Notes: generated by a model from the sequence alone, not told the origin. 64,000 nt of DNA from Octopus vulgaris (GCA_951406725.2 OX597823.1:47988001-48052000); one strand, 5' to 3'. Positions 14,142 through 28,250 are shown, counted from the first letter of the stretch. Numbers and translations are program-made.

Positions 14142-14437
14142 TAGGGTCTTCAGCCAGGGCCCATATAAGACTTTTGGGGACCCATGGATGTGATAGAGTA
14201 AATTGTGGGTTCATGGTAATTTTTCAGGATCCATGTAAAAACTGTGCTTCAGACCAGTAAAGCTTATGTGCTATAAATTGGTTATACATCTGTAATACAC
14301 AAAATATTTTAACCATTTTTTTTTATATATAATTCCTGATAATATTTAATTATAAACATAATATGGCTATGGGGGTCCACCCGAGTAAAACAGGAATCAA
14401 AAGGGTCCATAAGTTAGAAAATGGCTGAGGACCCCTG
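14142..14437. mobile_element. hAT-type MITE
   Basis: TIR TAGGGTCTTCAGCCA / TGGCTGAGGACCCCTG and 8-bp TSD CTCAAGAG/ATCAAGAG. Confidence 0.8.
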
Positions 14438-14468
14438 ATCAAGAGTAACAGTGGACCAATTGGACCAG

Positions 14469-14697
14469 CTTAACTCTTTAGCTTTTAGATTACTCTCTCA
14501 AATGTAATACTTATTTATTCACATTGTTTTGAATTAATCAAGCTTTATCTCATAGCTTTGAGATTTCAATGATATAATTATTTATTTTCAAGAATGACAT
14601 TGTAAGGTATGTGTAAGAGGCCAGGCCTGGCCAGTTTAAACATTAAACAAGTAGAAAAATTGAGCTGGATATGGCCAATTTAAATGCCAAAGGGATC
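14469..14697. mobile_element. piggyBac-type MITE family 2
   Basis: TTAACTCTTTAGC...GCCAAAGGG; sister copies at 35535-35761 and 47288-47488 (ending GCTAAAGGGTTAA) plus a partial tandem copy 47489-47668. Confidence 0.7.
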
Positions 14698-14744
14698 AGT
14701 ACACAAACATGCATACACATAAATACACACACACACATATATCC

Positions 14745-15080
14745 TTAGGGTAAAAAAACCCTTTGGTCAGGAATGACCATGGGATCGCACTTAGAAAGTT
14801 TCCCTCTGAGGCACACTTCTGGGCGAGGTTGTTTATGGAAGACCAGTAGCTGCCCATGCATACCAGCCTCTCCTTTCCACATCACCGATGTTATCCAAGG
14901 GAAAGGCAAAGGTCAATACAACTTGGCACCAGTGATGTTGCAACTCTTTTCTACAGCTGAATTGACTAGTGCAACATGAAATAAAGTGTCTAGCTCAAGA
15001 ACACAACACATAGCCCGGTCCAGGAATTGAACTCACTACCTCATGATTGTACACCCACCGTTCTAACCACAGTCATGCAC
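14745..15080 (-). mobile_element. tRNA-derived SINE family B, reverse
   Basis: Reverse complement of the element at 28303-28640 and 61763-62080. Confidence 0.75.
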
Positions 15081-15614
15081 TTTCATATAATCTTTTACCT
15101 CTGATCTTTATCAACTCCTCCTCCCTGAACCACTCCTTAACTTCTCCTCCTCCAGACTGATATTCACCACATGCATCCACCTCAATCCGCATCTTTAATC
15201 ATCTGACGAACTCTTTCCATGCTAGCTCACTTACCTACTTGCTTACCCTTTCAGCCTCTCCATTTCTATGCCCCCCCCCCCCCCGCTCTCTCTCTCTTTC
15301 CCTCCTGCTGAGAAAACCAGGTGTTCATCTCTTCAGCAAGACACCTGTTCTATAACATGTATTCTTTTGTTCTTTTATTCTTTTATTTTTTTTTTTTTTA
15401 CTTGTTTCAGTAATTTCATTGCAGTCATGTCAGAACACCGTCTACTAAGGGTCTTTTTAGATGAAGAAACTGACCCCAGGATTTATCTTTTGTAAGTCTA
15501 GTACTTATTCTATCAGTTTCTTTTGCCAAACCACTAAGTTATGGAGACATAACTCACCAACATCAGTTGTCAAGTGATGGTAGCAGGGACAAACACAGAC
15601 ACAAAGACAAACAC

Positions 15615-15658
<44 letters not shown>

Positions 15659-15896
15659 AAGGGTGGAAAGGAACACACGAGTTGATATATATGAAAAAAC
15701 AAGTCAAAAATAGAAAATGCTAAGATGATTTTATAGTGAATCTTTCAGTACCGGTTTCGGTCATTTTGAGACCTTTTCAACTGTAACGATTAAATAATTA
15801 AATTTAGAAAAATTGGAAGAAAGGTTTTTTTAAAGGAATACTTCCATAGTAGTGTTCAGATATAGGTGGCATTCTGCCTTTCTCTGACTCCCTTGT

Positions 15897-15899
<3 letters not shown>
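15659..15899 (-). mobile_element. Short non-coding element in (TA)n with minimal hammerhead ribozyme (15746-15783)
   Basis: Minus strand: cag-TTGAAAA-GGTC-tcaaaat-GACC-GAAAC-cg-GTA-ctg; palindromic ACCGGT stem III. Confidence 0.75.
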
Positions 15900-15944
<45 letters not shown>

Positions 15945-15947
<3 letters not shown>

Positions 15948-16198
15948 CGGTTTCGATTCCCAGACCGGGCGTTGTGAGTGTTTATTGAGCGAAAACACCT
16001 AAAAGCTCCACGAGGCTCCGCCAGGGGGTGGTGATCCCTGCTGTACTCTTTCACCACTCTTTCTCCCACTCTTTCTTCTGTTGGCATGCTCGCTTAGCCA
16101 GCGGGTTGGCGTCATTCGAAGGCTAAAACAACGCGAATGCATTGTGACCAGCGATGTGTAACAACATCTGATGGTCTGGTCGGTCACGTGATCACGTG
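15945..16198 (+). mobile_element. 5'-truncated tRNA-derived SINE (shares head with 45806-46100)
   Basis: B-box GGTTTCGATTCCC, then GAAAACACCTAAAAGCTCCACGAGGCTCCG; CpG-rich (young); flanked by (TA)n. Confidence 0.7.
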
Positions 16199-16237
16199 AT
16201 ATATATATATATATATACACACACATATATATATATA

Positions 16238-17531
16238 TGAGGGGCGTTCAATAAGTAATGCCCCTGACCCACTTCCCATAGCAGTAGAGCAATGACACTT
16301 GGCACAATTATTGGTCTTTTTCTGCATAGGAACCACCCAGAGTTACGCATTTCTCCCATCATTTGATGCAGCTCTGGAGACCGTTTTTGTAGAAGACCCC
16401 AGCTTGGTCCTCCAGCCATGACGTGACTTCAGAAATCAAGGCTGCATCATCTGGGAAACGCTTTCCTTTCAAAAACAACTTCATGGCTGGGAAGAGGTGA
16501 AAATCAGAGGGTGCAAGGTCAGGAAAGTAGGAGGGATGGGGGAGGAGATCATAGCCGCACGCCTGTGCTTCTGATCTGGCGACATGCGAGTTGTGGGCGG
16601 GAGCGTTGTCCTGCAGGAGGAGGATACATTTGCTGATCTTGCTCCGCCTCTTGATTTTGATAGCTTCTCTTAATTTCCTCAAAAGTGAAGCATAATAGGC
16701 TCCTGTAATTGCAGTACCCTTTGCCAGAAAATCTGTCATCACTACTCTGTCCTGGTCCCAGAAGACTGTGAGCATGACCTTGCCAGTGGAGGGCTGCACC
16801 CTTGCCTTCTTTGGAGGAGGTGAGTCACGGTGCTTCCACTGCATTGACTGGGCTTTGGTCTCTGGATCATAGTGATGGACCCAGGTTTCATCGTGTGTAA
16901 TCAGTCTCTTGAAAAATTTTGACTCATCTTCTTGGCACATCTCCAAATTCATCCTTGAGCACTCGACGCGTTCTTGCTTCTGAAAAGGTGTGAGCAACCT
17001 GGAAATCCATCTGGCAGACACCTTTTGCATATGCAAATGGTCATGAAGGATAGTTTCCACAGACCCGGTACTAATCATGACCTCATGGGCAATTTGGCGA
17101 ATAGTTATGCATCGATCTTCCAAAATGGCAGCCTCAACTAGACGGACAGATGCCTCATCAATGGCAGAAGGGGGGGCGACCAGATCTGGGAGCTGTTTCC
17201 ACAGAGTTCCGACCATGTTTGAATTCCCAATGCCAGCATTTTACAAGGTCATATGATGGAGCATCATCACCATAATTTACTTTCATTTCATCAAAAGTCT
17301 TCCGTGGTGTGCGTCCTTTCAAATACAAAAATCGGATCACTGCTCGACACTCAACAGGCTCCATTTCACACTTGACTCACTTCAAACACCTGTAAATCAG
17401 AAATCACAATTAGTTCAGAGCTGTAATTTGCCACTTAATCTATAAAGATATAAATAATTGCACATGCAAAATTTCAGCTAGATCAAGCAACTGCAAGTGA
17501 GTCAGGGGCATTACTTATTGAACGTCCCTCG
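16238..17531 (-). mobile_element. Full-length mariner transposon (1294 bp)
   Basis: TA TSDs; about 36-bp TIRs TGAGGGGCGTTCAATAAGTAATGCCCCTGACCCACTT / AAGTGAGTCAGGGGCATTACTTATTGAACGTCCCTCG. Confidence 0.95.
16308..17364 (-). pseudogene. DD34D mariner transposase (irritans/Himar-like), one frameshift and one premature stop
   Basis: MEPVECRAVIRFLYLKG...RSGRP / WISRLL, ITHDETW, QDNAPAH, YFPDLAPSDFHLF (34 aa spacing); frameshift in a G-run near 17170; TGA at 16359 followed by WEKCVTLGGSYAEKDQ*. Confidence 0.92.
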
Positions 17532-17533
17532 TA

Positions 17534-17884
17534 TTAGGGACTCCAGCATAGAATTAACAGCTGTATTTGTTGAGTATATATAGAGTTTATAGGGCGGTGA
17601 AAAATTTTCGGTATGCAAATTAGGGACTCCTACATAGAATTAACTGCTGTATTTTTGAGTATATATAGAGTTTATAGAGCGGTTAAAAATTTTCAGTATG
17701 CAAATTAGCGACTCTTGCATAGAATTAACTGGTGTATTTGTTGAGTATATATAGAGTTTATAGAGCGGTTAAAAATTTTCGGAATTCAAATTAGGGACTC
17801 CTGCATAGAATTAACTGCTGTATTTGTTGAGTATATATAGAGTTTATAGAGCGGTTAAAAATTTTCGGTATGCAAATTAGGGAC
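17534..17884. repeat. 86-bp minisatellite, 4 units plus 8 bp
   Basis: Units start TTAG(G/C)GACTC at 17534, 17620, 17705, 17791, 17877. Confidence 0.95.
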
Positions 17885-17893
17885 ATATATATA

Positions 17894-17930
<37 letters not shown>

Positions 17931-18214
17931 ATGTATGTATGTTTGTATGTATGTATGCATATGTATGTATGTATGTATGTATAATTCTGTGTGTGTGTCT
18001 TTGTGTCTATGTTTGTCCCCACCACCATCACCACTTCACAACCAGTGTCGATGTGCTTACATCCCCATAACTTAGTATCTTAGAAAAAGAGACCAATAGA
18101 ATAAGTACTAGGCTTAAAACAAATAAGTTCTGAGGTTGATTTGTTTGATTAAAAATCCCTTCAGCAAGGTCTCAATCAGATGCCTGAAATAAGTAAATGA
18201 ATAAAGGAAAAAAT

Positions 18215-18714
18215 GAGTAGGAATGGCTGTGTGGTAAGTAGCTTGCTTACAAACCACATAGTTCCAGGTTCAGTCCCACTGTGTGGCGCCTTGGGCAAAT
18301 GTCTTCCGATCAAAGCCTTGTGAGGGGATTTGGTAAACGGAAACTGAAAGAATCCCGTCGTATATGTATATATATATATATATCATCATCATCATCATTT
18401 AGCGTCCGTTTTCCATGCTAGCATGGGTTGGACGGTTCAACTGGGGTCTGTGAAGCTGGAAGGCTTCATCAGGCCCAGTCAGATCTGGCAGTGTTTCTAC
18501 AGCTAGATGCCCTTCCTAACGCCAACCACTCCGTGAGTGTAGTGGGTGCTTTTTACATGCCACCCACACAGGTGCCAGACAGAGCTGGCAAACAGCTACG
18601 AATGGATGGTGCTTTTATGTGTCACCGGCACGGGGGCCAGGCGAGGCTGGCAACGGACACGAACGGATGGTGCTTTTATCTCAGTTTTAAATATATAGAT
18701 ACATAAATACATAA

Positions 18715-18762
<48 letters not shown>

Positions 18763-18965
18763 TGCATATACATACATAGAAACTTGCATATGTATGTGTG
18801 TGTGTAATATGTTTATGTGTGTTTACGTCCCCGTAACTTAGCAGTTCGGCAAAAGAGTAAGTACTAGGCTTACATAGAATAAGTCTTGAGGTCAATTTAC
18901 TCAACTAAAGGCAGTGCTCCAGTATGGCCACAGTTAAATGACTGAAACAAGTAAAAGAGTAAAGA
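18215..18965 (+). mobile_element. SINE family A with a nested reverse family D element in its central microsatellite
   Basis: Head 18215-18360, insert 18383-18680, tail about 18810-18965. Confidence 0.75.
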
Positions 18966-19334
18966 GTATATACACATACATATGTAACTGCAGAGAGAGA
19001 GAGAGAGAGGGAGAGAGGGAGAGAGAGAGAAAGAATCGGTCTAAACACAATGCTATTCTTGGTATAATGGTTTAAGCATATAGTTTTATTCGAAGATAAA
19101 CCTATGTATTCTTTCATTTTTCCCCCCTTACACTTAGAATAAAAGAACATTTTATAAGTCTCAGTGACATATCAGTAATAGTATGTCATTGTAGTCTACC
19201 TCTTGCCAAGCCAGTCACATCCAGGCGCACGTTATGTTTCATTGCAAAAGAATGATCATTTAAAGAAGCATGAAAGCATTTTTATTGCAGAGGTGGATCA
19301 ATAAAATCAAAACCACGCCTTTAGGAACACATTT

Positions 19335-19413
19335 TTATTATTATCATTGCTGTTGGTGTTACTGGTGTTGTTGTTGGTGTTGTTATTATTATTATTACCA
19401 TTATTATTATTAC

Positions 19414-19464
<51 letters not shown>

Positions 19465-19545
19465 TATTATTATTAATATCATCATCATCATCATCATCAT
19501 CATCATTATTATTATTATTATTATCGTTATTATTATTATTATTTT
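19335..19545. repeat. (TAT)n/(CAT)n trinucleotide microsatellite
   Basis: Directly visible. Confidence 0.95.
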
Positions 19546-21573
19546 TATATGCTTACAACAACTTATAGTTTTATTTGAAATATATATATATATAAATTTC
19601 AGGATAAATCCTTAAATTCTTAAAAATGTTTTAGCCCGAAGGCTGCAGCCATGCTGGGACACCACCGCTGGATAGTAAATTATTATTTAGAAATATTTTA
19701 CCATTATGGCCTAGTGTGTAGCAAAACTAGTTAATAGACTTTATATTATTCATTATGTATACTGTGTACATTTAAACACATAAAAGATGGCCATAATCAG
19801 TTATCTAAACTGCTAGAAGGAGTAGTTAAAATCTAAACCATATATATATATACACATACACACTTTATTTATGGGTTAAGGATATTGGTTTCATGGTTAA
19901 GAAAGAAATCTCTCAACAATTATCAAGCCTGTTGGATTGAACATTGGTGTTCCTCTCCATCTTGGTATTTCCATCCAGGATGGATTGAAACACCATGACA
20001 AATGGATCTTCTCAAGCACAGTGAATCACGAATCATCTCACTCATTTTGTTATCTCCTCCATGAGGCCGAACACCCTTCAAATAAGCCTTCACAACTTCA
20101 TCCCATGTCTTTTTGTGTCTCCCTGTTCCACAAGTTCCATTGACTTTAAGCAGCCAGCACTGCCATGCGCATCTGTCCTTAACCGTGTCCTCATCACATC
20201 ACATCACCTGACCAGTGCAGTCTCCTCTCTTGTGCTCTAAAATTTGATTCTTCTTATGCTTAATTTTTCTCAACAGTTTGTTGCTAACAATGGTAATAGC
20301 TATCTGAACATTTTGCATCCAAAATATATACATATGTATATACACGTGTGCGTGATGCAGCCTGTGTGTGTGTGTGTGTGTGTGTGTGTGCACATGTGAT
20401 GTTAATGCAGTCACCTTAACGAATGTCAATGAAATGAGGGAATGATGCTTTAGTTTCAGATAAGATGAAAATTCTTCCTTACGTTTATTGTGTACTATAT
20501 TATTTCTTTATATATTTATTTGTTTTCCCATTTGTACAACTTAACACACACACACACACACACACACATGCACACAGATAAATCCACACACACACACACA
20601 CGTGCATGCATACACATGCTCATACACACACACACTTGAAAGTATTTGAAGCTTGCAAAAATAAAGCTAACACACTACTCTTCTACATCTCAATTTAATG
20701 CTATTTACATGTGATTTATACTCATTTCTAACAGTTCCCTTCTCTTTATTATTCACACACAGTATTTTACTAAAAAAAAAACAAAAAAAAAATTATGTCT
20801 CCCTCTAACTAGTCTTTCTCTTTCTCTCTCCTCTCCCTGCTTTCTCTCACTCATTGTTTTCTATGTTTACTTTAACCATTTTAAAAAGCCTTTTTATTTT
20901 TCTTTATATATTTTTCTTATTTCCCTTGTATTCCATAATACTTTTTTACTCACCCTCTCTCTCTCTCTCTTTCCTATTTAACGTTCTCTCTTTCTCACCT
21001 TTCTCTCTTTCATTATCATGTTTCTTCTGTCATTTTCTCCTTACTCTTCTTTCTCTCCACCTCCTCCTGCCCTTGTCTGTATGCCAATCTCACTCTTTTC
21101 TTGTATTTTTTTAGCATTTGTTTTTATCTACATTTAAATTTAAAAAATTTTTTTATATATTTTTTTCCAGTCTAAAGTATCATTAATTCAATTTAATTTC
21201 CTCTTCTTTTAATTATCTTTATTACATTTTTTTTTACCTTATTTTCTTTTTTCAAAATTATTTTATCTTTTGAGTTTCCCCTCTTCTGTTTTTCCTCTCC
21301 AATTTCATTATGTTTTACTGTCTTTGTATTTGCCCTTTCTTCAGATCTTTTTCATTGTTGTTGCTTTCTATATTAGTTGGTCAACATATTTGTTACTAGA
21401 TGTCTGTTAGCTTGAAAATGGTGTTTCTCCATTGTTCACTCATTTAGACCATTTATAACCAGTGTAATCTAGCCTTCTGCATTCTATGCTAAGTGAAATA
21501 TTATTAGTTTTATTTTCTAATATGTTTTAAGATTTTGTATGTTTAGTTAGTATAAGCTAAGTTAACACTAAAC

Positions 21574-21951
21574 ATGCATGTATATATTTATATATATATA
21601 CATACACAAACATATATACATATATATATATACACACAGACACACACATATAAACATATACATTCATACACACACACACATATATATTCATACAAACCTA
21701 TACATATATTTATATATATGTATATATGTATATATATATACATGTATATATACACACATGCACATACTTCTATATATATATATATACATAAATACTTAAA
21801 TTCATATACATATGTATATACAGATATATGTATAAATGTATACACACACATATATACATATATGTTTATACATACCTCTATATATGTATGCGTATCTATG
21901 TATACACATATCTATAAGTTTGGGAGATTGTATCTATCTATTTATCCATGT

Positions 21952-21982
<31 letters not shown>

Positions 21983-22056
21983 ATGCATATGTGTGTATGT
22001 GTGTATATATACATATGTATGATTTATATGTATGTATGCATGTGTGTATATATGTA

Positions 22057-22112
<56 letters not shown>

Positions 22113-22360
22113 CATACATATACATATATATATACATATACATGTACATATATATATACACATATATATATATATTTCTATACACATACATACATATATA
22201 CACACATGCATACATATAAATTATACATATGTATATATACACACATACACACATATGCATACACACACTTACACAGAGACACACACACACACACTGACAT
22301 ATATATAAACACATACACACATGGACGTGTATGTATTTATATGTTTATGTATGTACGAAC
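21574..22360. repeat. Degenerate TA/CA/TG low-complexity tract (similar tracts at about 24000-24360, 28980-29420, 30500-31300)
   Basis: Directly visible; source of long spurious ORFs. Confidence 0.9.
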
Positions 22361-24727
22361 GTATGGCAAGTGAAGATGACATCTATCAAAAATAAACAAA
22401 AACAGGCAATAAATATATATAAATAAATAAATAAATAAATAAATCAAAATAAACAAACAGCTAAATAAACAAACAAATGACTACATAAATAAAGGCATCA
22501 AAATGGAAAACTCCAGTAAATTAACAATTCAAATCAGTACTATTCTTTTGTCTTTCTCTTAAAGTATCTTTACCAGATTATAAAACAACATTGAAAGTAT
22601 GTAAATTTTCAATTATCTTTCTCAAATATATACAAATGCTTCGTGCGGAGGTTCTTGTCACTTATTTCAAATGCTAAACCTGTGGATGTTTCTTCATACA
22701 AGGTCAATTCAATCAGCGAAATGGAATTTTAGGAATTAACTGCCATTTACTGAAATAAATAAATCAGTCTGACGATTCGATAATCGGATTGTTGTAAAAG
22801 TTAAAGTATCGGAAATCCAGTGATCTTTACTCTGATGGTTACAACAGTTCTTATATGATGTCACCCTTGCATGAGCCTCTTTAGATTGAGCAGTTGAGCT
22901 TTCTCGCAGGAAAGTATGTGTGCGTGTATGTGTATACATATATGTGTGTGTATGTGTACGTGTGTTGCCTATGTGTGTGTGTGTGTGTGTGTATGCACAG
23001 GAGATTTGAAACAATAATAACAATAATTTCAACAAATGTTTTAAATATATTGGATTCTTGGTCATAATGTTAGTCGCTTTCGATCATAATAAGTATAAAG
23101 GCAATTTTTCAATTTTTTTTTCTCTGTATTTTGTACAACAAAGTACAAAGTTGAACACTTTTGATATAATTGAAAGAAAACATAAATAATAAGACAAACG
23201 CAGCTCAAGCAAAAGTTGTTTGTATGTCTCCAGCATTGAAAAATAGAATATTTTAATATTATACAAAACAATAATATAACTACAATCTATTCATGGCAGC
23301 AATAAATATTTTTAGGAATATATAAGAAAATTATATAAATTTTATATATAAGAAATGAACATATACATATATACATACACACATATATACACATATTCAT
23401 ATACATAATATATACATATATATGTGTATCTGTGTATATATATATATATATATATAAATTTTAAGTTACTAGTCGTGGTTAAATATTTGGCTTTAAGATG
23501 TTTTTTAATATATTATAACAAAGTTAGTGATCAGAAAGTTTGTATGTCTGTAAGATATAGCAAATATAAGAAGATACTTAAGAATGGTAACAAAATATTT
23601 TAAATTTGATATATTCCATATTTACCACATTTCTGAATGAATGAACGGAATTAAATTTGTTCATTAGATAGACATAAAATCATAGAAATATAGAACCGAA
23701 CAGGGGAAGCTGAGACATTGAAAATTTTCTTTAAGTTATTGGTTAAATAAGATAAACAGTTCCAACTGGGAACTGAAACTGAGCTGTAACTTCCATTTCC
23801 AAGAGTCTTAGAACTTTGTTTTTATGTAACTATGTGCACTAACACGTTTAGAGAAGCTGAAAGTTTAGAAGATCAGTTAACATCAAAGAACGATTTAATG
23901 TTTTCAAGAATATTCTTGTGGTAAAGGATATTTAGAATTTGGAATTAGAGAGAATGATTAAAATTTCAATAAGACTAAAATATTCACCATGACAGAAATA
24001 TATGTATGTATGTATATATGTATGTATGTATGTACGTCCATCCATACATATGTACGCATCCATGTATCTATGCATGCATGTAAGTGTGCTTGCATGCAAG
24101 CATGTATGTATGTACGTATGGATTGAAGGATGTATGCATGTATCTTGTATGTATATATATAAATGTTGTATGTATGTATATGTATTTGCATGCATATATT
24201 TATATATGCATGCACAAATGTATGTATATATATGTGTGTGTGTGTGTATACATACATACATATATACACACACACATATATATATATATATGTATGTATG
24301 TATATATATGTGTATATATATGTGTGTGTACATATATATATATATGTATATATATACACAACATCAACAGCAATGTGAAAGTGTCAAAGTGGCCATTTAA
24401 AAATTTAAAACACACATGCTGTTATCTTCATTCTTCATTTTTTTATTTTACTTTAAAGTTAATTAGATTGTATGTATGTTTTATGTATGCATGTGTATTT
24501 TATATGTATGAGGTAGTATCAAAAAGTTCCCAAACCAGTTGCATTTAAAAAATAAGGTATTTACCAAAGTTTTAGCATGTGGATAGAACACAACACTTCT
24601 AGCACTCAGTTTTGCTGACATGGGAAGGTCTTATCTCAAACCTCATATCAACAGACATCTTGGTTGATTGTCATTTCCTCTATGAGCCCAAACATCGGTC
24701 CTCACTATTTACACACACACACACACA

Positions 24728-25163
24728 GTGGCATGGCTGTGTGGTAAGAAGCTAGCTTCCCAACCACATGGTTCCGTGTTCAGTTCCCACTGCATGGCAT
24801 CTTGGGCAAATGTCTTCTACTATAGCTTCAGGACAATCAAAGCCTTGTGAGTGGATTTGGTAGATGGAAACTGAAAGAAGCCCATTGTATATATATATAT
24901 ATAAATATATATATGTATGTAATTATGTATGTATATATATTTATGTATGTGTGTCTTTGTGTCTGTGTTTGTCCCTCCACCATTGCTTGACAACTGATGT
25001 TGGTGTGTTTATGTCCCCAAAACTTAGCAGTTCTGCAAAAGTGACTGACAGAATAAGTACTAGGCTTACAAAGAATAAGTTTTGGGTATAATTTTTTCGA
25101 CTAATGCTCTTTAAGGCAGTGCTGTAGCATGGCCACAGTCAAATGACTGAAATGCGTAAAAGT
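24728..25163 (+). mobile_element. SINE family A
   Basis: Head, microsatellite and tail as 91-486. Confidence 0.8.
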
Positions 25164-25207
25164 GAATATATGTGCATATGTATATTTAAACATTACAAAC
25201 ATATATG

Positions 25208-25248
<41 letters not shown>

Positions 25249-25346
25249 GTATATATATGTATATTAAAATTTTATTAAAATTTTATGTATTGATTAAGTC
25301 TTTCCTTGTTTGTTTTGCAAAATAGTGGTTTTGTCTCTAATTAATA

Positions 25347-25401
<55 letters not shown>

Positions 25402-26101
25402 CATGTATATATAGATATGTGTATGTGTGTATGTATGTATCGATATATATGTATGCATGTACATATGCACACTTACATATGTATATATACATATGTGTTT
25501 GTATCCTTGTCTTAATATCATGTGATGGTTGTAAACAAGCATCACCATCATACAAGCAATGTTAATTTCCAATCAACCATGACTGGTCATTGAAAAATAT
25601 CATTTTATTTGGAAACTAACAAGGGTTACTAACAAGATGGGCATCCAGCCATAGAATATCGTGTAAGTATGGAAAAGTGGAGTTACATGAAATAAATAAA
25701 GATTAAACATGGTGATGATGATGATGATGATGATGATAATCAGTGCTAGTAATGATTTTTATCTGAGCAATATAAACTAGAGCTAACAGCATTTAATCCT
25801 TTTGAGGTACCTGATGTTTTGTTATGTGTAGCTAATAAGTCCAAATTTTTTTTTTTTTTTTTCCTATTCAAATTCATCTACAGAAAGACCATCTCTGATA
25901 AGCTATTATTCTTCAAAACCAACCATTCACGACATTTTTTCCATCGGGTCAATGGATCGGTCTGAAAATCCTTTCAGCTTGTACCAATTGGTTCAATCAG
26001 TTGTCCTTGGTGTTCGAAGAGGGTTAAGGATTTATAAAACGCAAGAGATTCAAGACACAGATCTTCATGTAGTTCACTTTGAAGTGGTTGTTGCTCCACT
26101 G

Positions 26102-26163
26102 TTACTGATTCATAGCAGATGATGTAGCTTCCAGGACTGCTGGATGGTTTTCTGGGTTATTTT
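26102..26163 (-). CDS. Candidate terminal coding exon of an unidentified minus-strand gene: (K)NNPENHPAVLEATSSAMNQ*
   Basis: Strong acceptor TTTTTTTTTTTTAACTTAG; phase matches the donor of exon 29521-29603; unique sequence follows as putative 3' UTR. Confidence 0.5.
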
Positions 26164-26190
26164 CTAAGTTAAAAAAAAAAAATCATCAAC

Positions 26191-26675
26191 ACAGGTGCAG
26201 GCATGGCTGTGTGGGTAGACGTTTGCTTCTCAACCACATGGTTCTGGGTTCAATCCCACTATATGGCATCTTGGGCAAGTGTCTTCTACTATAGCTTCTG
26301 GCTTACCAAAGTGTTGTGAGTGAATTTTGTAGAAAGAAACTAAAACGAGTCCATCATGGTGTGTGTGTGTGTGTGTGCATGTGTGCATGTGTGTGTGTGT
26401 GTGCGTGTGTGTGCGTGCGCGTATGCATGCATGTGTGTGTTTGTGTATGCATGTGTGTTTGTGTGTGTTTGTGTCTACGTTTGTCTCTCCACCACTGCTT
26501 GACAACCAGTGTTTGAATGTTTACATCCCTGTAACTTAGCAGTTCAGCAAAACAGACAAATGAAACAAGTACCAGACTTTATAAGAACTGGGATCAATTC
26601 GTTCAACTAAAGTTCTTTAAAGTGGTGCCCTAGTATGGCCACAGTTTAATAGCTGAAACAAGTAAAAGATAAAGG
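26191..26675 (+). mobile_element. SINE family A
   Basis: Head, (TG)n centre, tail. Confidence 0.8.
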
Positions 26676-26829
26676 AGCATATAATTAAAACTTATTCTAA
26701 TAAAGCATTTTTCATCTTTTTCATTGGTATATCATTTAGTTTCATTTATATTTTTACACAAATACCACTCAATATGTGTTATGCTTTTCAAAAGATTTTT
26801 TTTTTCAATTTTATGCAATTAAACATTTA

Positions 26830-28250
26830 ATGATTCTGTACTTTACCAGAAACTGTTTTTACCTTTATTCTGTTCACCAAAGAAAACAACCTTTCATTGC
26901 AAGTGAAGAATGAAACAATAACAAGTTTATCACTAATTGTGGCATAACAAAGTTTATCTCAATATTTTTTGTTTGAAGAAATATAAATCCTGTATCGCTT
27001 TGGTCTTGTAATTTCATTCTCATGCCAAGTTATCTCTCACTGTTCTCTGTCAATATCTTCATACTTTTTTAACTCAAAAATATAAGAGCATTTTTTTGCC
27101 AGTGGAATAACTAACTGAAGGTAGCTCATTTCAGACATTCTCAATCTAAAGTTTCAAATAGCTGAAAATTAATTATATAATTATATTTCCCAGCTTAGTT
27201 TGACATAAAAGTTCAATGTCTTAAGTTAAAATTCTTAAAGTCTTTGGTTTGAATTCTGGAAGAATATTCTAAAAAGATATTTATAGCATTTGTTCTATGA
27301 CTTATTTCACTTAAGAGAAAGTAAATTGAAGGATCATTGGTGATAACTTTCAATATATCTGCATTTTACAGCAATTTTCTTTTTAGTAAAATTAGCAAAG
27401 TCACCTTCCAAATTAATGTTGATAAAAGTACGTGATTATTAATTCTAAGGATCTCAGCTTCATCATCATCATCCTTTAATGCCTATTTTCCATGCTGGAA
27501 TGGGTTGGACAGTTTCACAAGAACTGGCAAGGCCAAAAATCACACCAAGGTTCCATAGTCTGTTTTGGCATAATTTCTACACCTGGATGTCCTTCCTAAT
27601 GTCGAGCACTTTATAGCATATGTTGGATGCTTTGTACATGGTACCAGCACCAGTGCTTTTTACCTGGCACCATCACCACTGCTTTCCATGTGGCACTGTC
27701 AAATTAATTTTATTTGCACTTGGTGGAATGAAAGGTAGGAATGCAAAGCACATTTTTACTATTGGTTTCTGTAAAGCTAGCATTGTGGATACTAAAATCC
27801 CGTTTTCTAATGGAGCTGAAGTTAAAAAGATTAAAAAATGAGATAAATTCTAGTTTTTGATACAGCAGTCATTCTATGATACACTAAAGTGAAAATCATT
27901 GGATACAGCTATGATGTAAAAATCCTTTTTTTGGATCAGTCTGAATATAGATAATTCTAAGGCAGTTAAAGTTCAAAATATGTATAGGAAGTGTACAATC
28001 ATGGCATACAAGCCATGTATAAAGAGACATGCTACTTTCTGCTTCAGTAGATGTTAAACACCTCTTTACAACCTTATAACTGCATTTGTATAAATACTTG
28101 CACAGCCTACCACATTTTAAATTTATATACTGTTTTACAAAAGAAAAAAAAAGATTTTTTATGGAACTGTGAATGCTCTTGGCATTATAACAACTGATCT
28201 CAAAAAACAAGTTAAAAACTTGTCAACTGTTTTCCTTAATATGGTTATCT
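26830..28250 (-). mobile_element. Highly decayed LINE remnant
   Basis: Fragments resembling IPLAKK and MKILT...QDQSDTGF (RT domain 0/1) in broken frames; interrupted by a family D SINE. Confidence 0.35.

Noticed and set aside
22560-22915. Unique CpG-retaining stretch as an exon
   Set aside because: No convincing open frame with paired splice sites; may be UTR or regulatory but unsupported.
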